Shown: positions 28,272 through 38,300 of the stretch, piece by piece
How the letters are laid out: every line of letters starts with the position of its first letter
How positions within the stretch are numbered: position 1 is the stretch's first letter
Source: Bacteroidales bacterium
GTDB taxonomy: Bacteria > Bacteroidota > Bacteroidia > Bacteroidales > UBA3663
Assembly: GCA_017561935.1 (NCBI GenBank)
Contig: JAFZBE010000043.1
Location: 1,982-65,981, forward strand
DNA: 64,000 bases
Reading direction: 5' to 3'
The notes under the pieces: model-generated
Databases searched by the model: none
The model's input: the letters and a program-made list of their open reading frames with translations, nothing else
What the model was told of the DNA's origin: nothing
Made by a program: the position numbers and the translations under genes

Positions 28272-29840
28272 TTATGCTTCTTTTCTCAAACGCGCCACCG
28301 GATAACCGAGGGACTCACGATACTTGACGACCGTGCGACGGGCTATCGGGTAACCCTGCTTACTGAGTTCCTTGGCAAGCGCCTCGTCGGTCAATGGATG
28401 ATGCTTGTCCTCGTCATCGATGATATGTTTCAATGCCTCTATCACAGCTGACTGGTTGCTTTCAGCGACTGCATTGGTAAACAGATCCTTCACCGGAACG
28501 ATGCCGAACTCCGTATCGACATATTTGCTGTTGGATACTCGGCTGATGGTCGAGATGTCGTAATGGCATCGATCGGCCACATCCTGCAGTGTCATGGGTT
28601 TGAGGGTCTCGATCAAACCTGTGAGGAAATAGGCACGCTGGATATCGACAATGGTTTGCATCACGTCCATCAGCGTATTCCGCCGCTGCTTCAACGCCTC
28701 GATGAATACACGTCCATTTTGGATGTTCTCACGCAGGAACCTGACGCCATCACGATCGTTGGCGATTGCCTCCTTGTTCCTTGTAACAGCATTCCCTTCT
28801 CCCGTGGCATCATTTTTGCCTTCGACACTCTTCTGCAAATCATCGTAAAGCTTCTCATAATCGGCGCTGATGCGGACCTGTGGGACATGTCCATCATTCA
28901 ACGTCACGACGAGCTGGCCATCCTCGTTACGCACGATGAAGTCTGGTCGGATCTGCTGGACCTTCAACTCATCGGTCTTTGCCGTAGATGGCTGCATATT
29001 GCCTGGCTTGGGATTAAGGTGGCGGATGACACGAAGCGCATCAACCAATTTGTCATGAGTCGATATGTTCAAATCCTGTTCGATCCTATCATAGCGTTTG
29101 TTCGAAAGGTCATCGAACTTCAGGTTGACAATATTGTAAGCGAGGAGAGTGGCAGGCGTAGCCTTGCGTGCTTCCAGCTGAAGAAGCATACATTCGCGCA
29201 GATCCCTTGCCCCAATACCACTAGGCTCGAGTTCCTGCTGAACGATTTCGACGAGAACGGCCTCAAGGTCTTCGACTGTAGTTTCATAATGTTGGGTCAT
29301 CTCGAGGTCATCGACCAATTCGATAAGTGGGCGACGAAGGTAACCACTCTCGTCCAGGCAATCGATGATATAGTTAGCCAGATAACGTTCCTCGCGGGTA
29401 ATGTCAAGCACTTCGACCTGTTTCTTGAGATCATCGCGGAAAGAATCCGAGTTGGCTGCATTATCGATAGGATTATAATCCTCGTCGTCAGGACCTTGAT
29501 TGCTCGATGTATTCACGGGGTCATCATCATCATTGTCGAAAGCGACAACATCACCTCTCTCGGTGTCAGGAATAGATGTATCATTCTCATCTGCTGAAGC
29601 CTGGGTGTCAGAATTGGGGAGTTTTTCTTCCTCACTCACATCAAATTCTCCCTCGTCATCACGCTCGGAGCCAGGGGTCAAGGTGTCGGTCTGGTCAACC
29701 CTCTCCAAAGCGACATTCTCCTGCAGCTTGTCGTCGATAAGTTGTTCGAGGTCATCGCTCGGTGCCTGAACCAATAACGAAGCCAGATACTTGATCGGGT
29801 TTTGCTTCGGCTTCTGTTCTATTTCTATTACTTGTGCCAT
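28272..29840 (-). CDS. rpoN: RNA polymerase sigma-54 factor
   Basis: C-terminal RpoN box ARRTVVKYRESLG. Acidic region II. 522 aa. Confidence 0.9.
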   Translation of the reverse strand: MAQVIEIEQKPKQNPIKYLASLLVQAPSDDLEQLIDDKLQENVALERVDQTDTLTPGSERDDEGEFDVSEEEKLPNSDTQASADENDTSIPDTERGDVVAFDNDDDDPVNTSSNQGPDDEDYNPIDNAANSDSFRDDLKKQVEVLDITREERYLANYIIDCLDESGYLRRPLIELVDDLEMTQHYETTVEDLEAVLVEIVQQELEPSGIGARDLRECMLLQLEARKATPATLLAYNIVNLKFDDLSNKRYDRIEQDLNISTHDKLVDALRVIRHLNPKPGNMQPSTAKTDELKVQQIRPDFIVRNEDGQLVVTLNDGHVPQVRISADYEKLYDDLQKSVEGKNDATGEGNAVTRNKEAIANDRDGVRFLRENIQNGRVFIEALKQRRNTLMDVMQTIVDIQRAYFLTGLIETLKPMTLQDVADRCHYDISTISRVSNSKYVDTEFGIVPVKDLFTNAVAESNQSAVIEALKHIIDDEDKHHPLTDEALAKELSKQGYPIARRTVVKYRESLGYPVARLRKEA

Positions 29841-29856
29841 ACATTCTTGGATTTGG

Positions 29857-31152
29857 TTATGGTTCGAGTTGTGCTACACCTAAAAGGCGGTCAAAACGAG
29901 CTCCAGGTGCGCGATAATAAACATATATGTCATATTGATTGCGTGCTTCATAATAATTGCCCTCACACACCGACAGGGTGGCGCGTGGGTCGGATCCGCT
30001 TGTGAAATCAGGCACCCACTCCTGTCCACAGAGGAACTGATAATTGTAATGACCTTGCTTCAAGAGTACCTGACCGACGAAACACTGCAGCTCAGGGTCA
30101 TAGTCCATACGGTAGGCATCGGTCAGCTCGCCGTAGGTAAAATCCCCAGTCAGATAGATGCTGCCACTCCCTTTGGGTGGCATCGCCCCTGCCAGCTTGA
30201 ATTCGGCCCAGAAATACTCGCATTCGGTGGCCTCATCCTCCACATTGTTCAAGGCATGAACCAGATAATGGCCATGCTGGTCCTGGTCATAACGATAGAA
30301 ACTGCCACTACGTGCCTGTTGTGTCACCAACTCGGCATGATAGAAGGGCGCATGATAGCGTAACTGTTCTATTCCAAATGTCGCATAATGACGATCGATG
30401 AACTCAAAACGACGGAACGTATTACCAGCTTCGAAGATGAGGTCACGGTCATGTTCGTACCATGCCTTGCTGGCCTCCATCCGTGATGGACGAAGGATGT
30501 CGCGACGCGTATCGGGACGATGATTTTGCGTCACCACCAGGTGCAGGTCGCTGGCCGGGCTGAGGAACGGCAATTTGCTCTGGCTCCATGTACATTGCAA
30601 GGTCAATTGCTGATGTTCCTGACGGAAGTCGATGTCGGTGTTGCCACTCACCTCGCCGCTCACGAACGCCATCTGCTCGGTGACACTGAAACAGGCGATG
30701 GCCAACTGTTCATCGGGATCGCTTTCCAGATGGAAAATCACTGCATAATTGCCGCTTATAAGCAGCTGCACATCCTCATTAGGGAAGGAGACAGAATAAT
30801 GCCAATAGTTGACAAAGGTATTGAACGAAGGAGACACATCAGTTACGCGCGTCGGTTGGAAACCATCGACATAATCGAGTTCAGAAAGATCGTCCTGTTC
30901 CCACTGGGCATCGCAGTGAATCACCTGATACTGGAGGAAGAGTTCTTCATCGGAAAGGATATCGAAGGAGATTTCGAGACTCGAATTCTCGGTGTTGTCG
31001 ATGACGGGCAGTTTCCGGAAATCACCATCGGTGATGACCTGCAAGGTCTTCACATCGTTCGATAGGGGGTGGGTATAGTATGTAGATGCTTGCAATGACA
31101 TCGAAGCCATTGCAAGCAATCCGTTGAATATGTATGCCGCAAACTTTTTCAC
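29857..31152 (-). CDS. secreted DUF5103-like protein, possibly the T9SS plug protein
   Basis: Signal peptide. ~430 aa. Located two genes from sprA. The family assignment comes from memory of size and context only, not from a recognised motif. Confidence 0.35.
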   Translation of the reverse strand: MKKFAAYIFNGLLAMASMSLQASTYYTHPLSNDVKTLQVITDGDFRKLPVIDNTENSSLEISFDILSDEELFLQYQVIHCDAQWEQDDLSELDYVDGFQPTRVTDVSPSFNTFVNYWHYSVSFPNEDVQLLISGNYAVIFHLESDPDEQLAIACFSVTEQMAFVSGEVSGNTDIDFRQEHQQLTLQCTWSQSKLPFLSPASDLHLVVTQNHRPDTRRDILRPSRMEASKAWYEHDRDLIFEAGNTFRRFEFIDRHYATFGIEQLRYHAPFYHAELVTQQARSGSFYRYDQDQHGHYLVHALNNVEDEATECEYFWAEFKLAGAMPPKGSGSIYLTGDFTYGELTDAYRMDYDPELQCFVGQVLLKQGHYNYQFLCGQEWVPDFTSGSDPRATLSVCEGNYYEARNQYDIYVYYRAPGARFDRLLGVAQLEP

Positions 31153-31153
31153 T

Positions 31154-32188
31154 TTACATCACTCCTCTCTCACGAAGCCTGGTCTGCCAACGCCAAGCAT
31201 TGGCAAGGGTTTCCTTGAGAGGCACTTGAGCCTTCCAGCCAAGCACGCTGTTGGCGCGACCTGGATTGCCCCAGATCTTCTCGATGTCGCCTTCACGACG
31301 TCCCTTGATGACATACGGGACCTTGACGCCTGTGGCATCCATGAAGGTGTTGACAAGCTCGAGCACCGAAACGCCATTGCCTGTACCGAGGTTATAATAC
31401 TCAATCTTCTCTTCCGACTTACCCTGAACCATGCGGTCGAGCGCACAAACGTGAGCCTTTGCCAGGTCGGTGACATCGATGTAGTCACGGATGCATGAAC
31501 CATCGGGGGTGTGGTAGTCGTCGCCAAAGACATTCAGCTCCTTACGGATACCCATTGCCGTCTGGCAAACGTATGGAAGCAGGTTCTGAGGAACGCCACG
31601 GGGAAGTTCGCCGATCTCAGCCGTCGGATGAGCACCGATGGGGTTGAAATAACGGAGAATGATGGCGTTGAAACCTACGCCGGTGTGGAGATAGTCCTTG
31701 ATGATCTCCTCGGCAATCTGCTTGGTGTTGCCGTAAGGAGAAGTGGCAGGCTTGATGGGTGCATTCTCGTCCACAGGGCTCTGGTCGGGCTCGCCATAGA
31801 CGGTGCAGGAGCTGGAGAAGACGAATCCCTTGAGGTGGAAGTCTGCTGCAGCCTCCATCATGTTCATAAGTGAAGATAGGTTATTACGATAGTAAAGCAA
31901 AGGCTTCTGGACAGACTCACCGACAGCCTTCGAAGCAGCGAAGTGAATCACGCCAGCAATGGGACCCTCCTTCTGGAAAGCCTGATATACATCACCCTTG
32001 TTGGTGCAGTCGATCTGATAGAACGCCGGGCGCTTGCCAGTGATACGCTCGATACCATCAACGACCGAGGCTTCCGAATTGGAAAGATTGTCAAATATTA
32101 CAACGTCATAGCCAGCATTCTGAAGCTCGACGCATGTGTGGCTTCCTATGAAGCCGCAACCACCTGTAAGTACGATTTTATTAGCCAT
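31154..32188 (-). CDS. galE: UDP-glucose 4-epimerase
   Basis: LTGGCGFIGSHT Rossmann motif. YGNTK catalytic motif. 344 aa. -7 box (rc of caaagata) at 32219-32226. Confidence 0.9.
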   Translation of the reverse strand: MANKIVLTGGCGFIGSHTCVELQNAGYDVVIFDNLSNSEASVVDGIERITGKRPAFYQIDCTNKGDVYQAFQKEGPIAGVIHFAASKAVGESVQKPLLYYRNNLSSLMNMMEAAADFHLKGFVFSSSCTVYGEPDQSPVDENAPIKPATSPYGNTKQIAEEIIKDYLHTGVGFNAIILRYFNPIGAHPTAEIGELPRGVPQNLLPYVCQTAMGIRKELNVFGDDYHTPDGSCIRDYIDVTDLAKAHVCALDRMVQGKSEEKIEYYNLGTGNGVSVLELVNTFMDATGVKVPYVIKGRREGDIEKIWGNPGRANSVLGWKAQVPLKETLANAWRWQTRLRERGVM

Positions 32189-32358
32189 GTTATTTTATTT
32201 AAAGGTGTTTCAATGCTGCAAAGATAAGCTTTTTTTCTGAAACATAAAAACATTTTCGTGCTTTTTTTTGACAAAGATGTTATTTTTCCTATTTTTGACA
32301 AATTCCTTATACAATAAAAGCGCTATGTTCACGTTTTATGGTTTAGATACTTTTTCGG

Positions 32359-35300
32359 ATGCGACAAATAAAGGGAAATCATCAGTTGCGTGTGCTTGGG
32401 TTAGGCATGATTTGCGCGATACTGTTTGGAAGCTTAGCTTACGGCTATGCTCCCACAACAATGTATGTCCCCGAGTTGCCGCAGAGCCAGGTTAATGGTC
32501 CGCAATCACAGATAAGCGAAGAGGAAAAGGATTCGGTTTATCACAGTCGTTACCCCGTTGCGCCCACCACACCTGACATGGCTCCCGACCTGGAAAAAGC
32601 ACACCCCGCTGACCTCAAGACGCCCGAAAACGTGAAGACGGTTGTGGAGTACGACTGGAAGAACAACCGCTACCTGATCAAAACGATGCTCGGCGAGCAG
32701 CAAATCGGCAATCCCATCCCGATGACGATGCAGGAGTATAGCAAATATACCGAGCGGAAACAACGCGGAGCCTACTTCCTCGACCAGTATCACAAAGCCG
32801 TGGAGGAAGAGGAAGGAAAGGGAGACTTTGACCTGCTCGACATGCAGTTCTCCCTCGGTCCAGCCGAGAAGCTATTCGGCCCCGGTGGCATTCGCGTGAA
32901 GACGCAAGGATCGGCATCCCTTTCGATGGGCATGAAGCACAACGTCGTTGACAACCCCACGCTCTCAGAGCGGGCACGTGACCAGTGGACGTTCGACTTC
33001 GACGAACAGATCCAGCTCAACATGAAGGCATCCATCGGCTCGAAGATGTCGTTCGACCTTAATTACAATACCCAGGCGACCTTTGACTTCGATGCCACAC
33101 AATTCAAACTTGCATTTGCAGGCGAAGAGGACGACATCGTGCAGAACCTTGAAGCCGGTAACGTCTCCATGACCACAGGCAACTCGCTCATCTCGGGCGG
33201 TGCCTCACTCTTTGGCATCAAGTCGCAGTTGAAGTTCGGCAAATTGAACATCACCGCCCTCCTGGCGAAACAGGAGTCCACCTCGAAGACCGTGTCGTCG
33301 AAAGGAGGCGTGACTAAACGCACGTACGAGATCCTACCTACCGAGTACGACGAGAACCGTCACTATTTTCTTGGTCATTACTTCCGCGATACCTATGACC
33401 AGAACATGGAGAAGCTCCCGCTCATCTCCTCGGGTATCGAGATCACGAAGATCGAAGTATGGATGACCAACAAGCGGTCGTCGTACGACAATGCACGCAA
33501 CATCCTTGCCTTTGCCGACCTTGGCGAAAGCAATCCTGAAGAGATGCAGCACCCCGGTTGGGCCTCAACGACAGGTACCCTTGCGCCAGCCAATGGAAAC
33601 AATACCCTCTACTCCACCCTGCGCGACAACTACCCTGCTCTGCGTGACATCACGCTGGTATCGAGTACCATGCCCACGATTGCGATTCCAGGGTCGGCAG
33701 ATATGATGGAAAGCGGCGCCGACTACGAGAAAATCGAGTCTGCACGACTGCTCTCAAGTTCGGAATATTCGCTCAACTCTGCCTTAGGCTATCTGTCCCT
33801 GAAGACACAGATCGACGATGACTGTGTCCTTGCTGTCGCGTTCCAATATACCAAAGGCGGACAGACCTATCAGGTCGGTGAATTCAGCACCGACAACTCC
33901 GACAATACGTCGAAGACCCTCTATGTGAAGCTGCTGAAATCGACCGCCGGCAATCCTGAGCACTCCATCTGGGATCTCATGATGAAGAACATCTACTCGC
34001 TGGGTGTCACCAACTTGCAGCAGTCGAACTTCACCATGCAGATCCAATATCTCACCGACTCGATCGGCGTCTATACCAACTACATCAACGAAGGTCCCAT
34101 TGCCCAGCAGTTGCTGATCAAGGTCATGAACCTCGACCAGTTGAACTCCCATCAGGAACGTCATTCCGATGGACAGTTCGACTGGGTGGCAGGCTACACC
34201 GTTCAGGCATCTACCGGACGAATCATCTTCCCCGTCGTCGAGCCCTTCGGCAGCCATTTGGCCAAGAAACTGGGTAATGACCCCACTTTGGTCTCCCGCT
34301 ACTGTTACCCTAACCTCTATTCGCAGACGCTGACCGATGCCGAGCAGGATGCTGAACACAACAAGTTCCGCATCAGAGGCGACTATACGGCATCGAGCGG
34401 TGCAGAGATCAGCCTGGGAGCCATGAATGTAGCCCGTGGTTCGGTACGCGTCACCGCAGGTGGCACCACGTTGACCGAAGGATCCGACTATACTGTGGAT
34501 TACACCATGGGCATCGTCACCATCCTCAACGAGTCGATTATCGAAAGTGGCACCAATGTCAGTGTAAGCCTCGAAGACCAGTCGGAATACTCACTGCAGC
34601 GCAAGACCATGATGGGCCTCGATCTTCAATACGACTGGTCGAAGGACCTTACCTTTGGTGCTACGGTCATCAACTTGAGTGAGACGCCATTGACCAGAAA
34701 GGTCTCGATGTCGGAGATCCCTATCAACAATACCATCTACGGTTTTAATTTCAAATGGAATAAGGACTTCATGTGGCTGACCAATGCCCTTGGTGCCATC
34801 CCTTGGATCAAGGCCACTACCCCATCGAACTTCAGCATCGAAGGCGAATGGGCTCAGCTCATAGCAAGCCATAGCGACGAGATTGGCAGCAACGGATCAA
34901 TTTATATTGATGACTTCGAGTCGTCGGAATCTTCGACCAACCTTGCCGTGCCAACACTCTGGCAACTCTCTTCCACCCCAGCCAGCATCGAGGGACGGGA
35001 TGTGGGAGGCATGTTGTTCTCCACCGCCTACAACGACCGACGTGCCCACCTTGCCTGGTATCGCATCGACAATCTCTTCACTTCACAGACCAGCAACCTT
35101 ACTCCAGCACACATCAAGAACGACCTCGTACAACTCTGTGATCCGCGTGTACGTCAGGTGACCTTCGAGGAGATCTATCCCAACAAGGAACTCGAATATG
35201 GCGAGACGGGTATCCTTGACGTGATGAACCTCAGCTATTACCCCCGCGAACGCGGACAATATAACGTCAGTGCGTCACGCATGCAGAGCGACGGCACACT

Positions 35301-38300
35301 GATCAATCCCCAAGAGAACTGGGGTGGTATGATGCGAGCCATGGATGTGACCAACTTCGAATCGGCCAACTATGAATACATCGAATTCTGGATGATGGAT
35401 CCGTTCATCGATGTAGAAGGTGACGACACCTGGAAGCCCAACGACGAAGGCAAGCTCATCCTGCAGCTCGGTGAGATTTCGGAAGATATTCTGAAGGATG
35501 GTTACAAGTCGTTCGAGAATGGTCTGGACATCAACGGCGATCTCTCAGCCATCAAGGAGACGACATGGGGACGCGTCTCGACACGCACTTCAACGGTGTA
35601 TGCCTTCGACAATTCATCTTCGTCACATGCTGCCCAGGACGTTGGTCTCGATGGCTTGAGCACCCTCGACGAAGCCACCTTCCCAACCTATCAAAGCTAT
35701 GTCGATTCGCTTCGCCAAAAAGTCTCGCCCGATGTGCTCGCATCGTGGCAGAACGACGAGTATTCGCCCATCAACGACCCGGCAGGCGACAACTACCACT
35801 ACTTCCGTGGCAGCGCTTTGGACAACAACAATGTGTCGATTCTGAATCGTTACAAATATATTAATGGTGCAGAAGGCAATGCCCCTTCGACAGCCGACAG
35901 CCAGGAATCCTACAGCACAGCCTACAAGAGCACACCCGACGTCGAGGACATCAACTCGGACAACACGCTCAACGAAAACGAGCGATTCTACGAATACGAT
36001 ATCGAACTGGTTCGTGGCCACATGAACCTGGCCGAGAACAAATATCTCGCCGACATCAGCACCCGACAAGTACGTCTGCGCGATGGTCTGACCCACGAAG
36101 TAAAGTGGTACCTGTTCCGTGTGCCCCTACGTTCACCCGACCGAAGAGAAGGGAACATCAGCAATTTCAAGTCCATCCGCTTCATGCGAATGCTCATGAC
36201 CGGTTGGCAGGAGGCACAGGTACTACGATTGGCCACCCTTGACCTCGTGCGAAGCGATTGGCGCACCTATTCCAACGATCTCTCCGACCCAGGATACCCG
36301 CAAAGCAGCGATGCATTGCTTTCGTCAAGCACCGTCAATATCGAGGAACACTCGGGCTCCCTACCAGTCAACTACGTTCTGCCTCCCGGCATCTCGCGTA
36401 TCGTTACTCCAGGCACCAATGCTGTTCAGCAGAACGAACAGGCTCTGGCCCTGAAGATCTCAAACCTCGATCCGCACGATGCCAAGGCCGTGTACAAGAG
36501 CTCCGGTCTCGACCTTCGCCAATACGACAACCTGCAACTTTTCGCCCACATGCATGCCAATGCAGGCGAGGAAGACCAACTGCAGGATGGCGACCTGGCC
36601 GTCTTCCTTCGCGTGGGTTCCGACTACAAGGACAACTATTACGAATACGAGGTACCGCTCCACAAGACCTTCGCCGGCAACTACAACAACAACTCGACGA
36701 GCGACCGACTCCTCGTTTGGCCAGAAGACAACATGATCAACGTGGAGCTATCGAAGTTCACCGCGTTGAAGCGTGAACGCAATGCCAAGAAGGAGCAGGG
36801 CTACGAAGGCGTGAGCTACACGCTCGAATACTCGGCCTATGACGAGGACAACAAGTCGAACCGAATCTCGGTCAAGGGTAACCCGTCACTCGGCGAATGT
36901 ACTGTCTTCATGATTGGTGTGCGTAACGTGGGACGCGCTACACGTTCGGCTGTCGTTTGGGTCAATGAGCTGCGCACCGATGGCATGGACGAGAGCGGTG
37001 GCTGGGCAGCACGCGGCAACGCAACGTTGCGCATCTCCGACCTTGCAACCATCAATGGTTCGGGCTCGTACACAAGTGCCGGATGGGGCACTGTGGAGCA
37101 ATCCACCGCCGTGCGTTCGCTGTCGAAAGACTACGAATACAACATCTCAGGTCAGACAGATATCGGCAAGTGGCTGCCCTCACAAATCAAGCTGAATGCT
37201 CCTTTCTACTACAGCTACTCCAAGTCGGTGAGCACGCCCAAGTATGACCCGTACAACGAAGACCTCACCGTCGATGAGACACTCGACACCTACCCCACCG
37301 ATCGTCAGAAGGATTCCATCAAAGCCCTTGTCCAGACCACTGCTGAGACAAAGTCATTGTCGCTGACAGGTGTGAAGTTTGACGTCAAGTCGAAGCATGC
37401 GATGCCATGGGATCCTGCCAATGTGACGATGGGATATTCGCAGAACAAACAAACCTCCCACGATCCCACCACAGAGTACGAGTACAACAACACGTACAAG
37501 GGCAACATCAACTACAACTGGTCGCCCTACTTCAAGCCTTGGAAGCCATTTGCGACGAAACAAGGCAACAACGCCAAGGGAAATGCCAACGCTCGAACAG
37601 GCAGAGATAGCCAGGAACAAAGAAGATCCAATGCTACCAACAGTCGAACAAATGCGTCAAACAGCAAGGCACCCTTCAAGAAACTGAAGGATGACTTCCA
37701 ATTCAACTGGCTGCCCAACAACATCTCCCTCTCGGCACAGGTCAACCGCACCTACCACGAGGAGCAGTTGAGGAACGTCGAGACGTACGAGTCCGATTTC
37801 ACTATTCCTGTCTCCTACACCAAGACCTTCACTATGCTGCGTCAGACCAGCATCTCCTGGGATATCACCAAGAGCCTGAAGGTCAACTTCCAGTCAGCTT
37901 CAAATGCCAGGATCGACGAACCGGACACCCCAGTGAACCGTTATCTCTATCCCGACGAATACGAACGCTGGAAGGACACCATCTGGACACAGATATGGAA
38001 ACTGGGCACTCCAGTGGACTACAACCAGTCGTTCGACGTCACATGGAACATCCCCATCAACAAGATCACCTGGACCGACTGGATCAACATGTCGGCCAAG
38101 TACAAGTCCACCTACCAATGGAACCGTGGCACACAAATCGACGAAGAGACATCGACCGGCAACACAATCCAGAACAATGCACAGTGGCAGATCGACGGCA
38201 AGTTCAACTTCGAGACGCTATACAACAAGTCCAAGTTCCTGAAAAAGGTGAACGACAAATTCAAGGCCCAACAGTCGAACAACAGCCGAAACAACCGCAA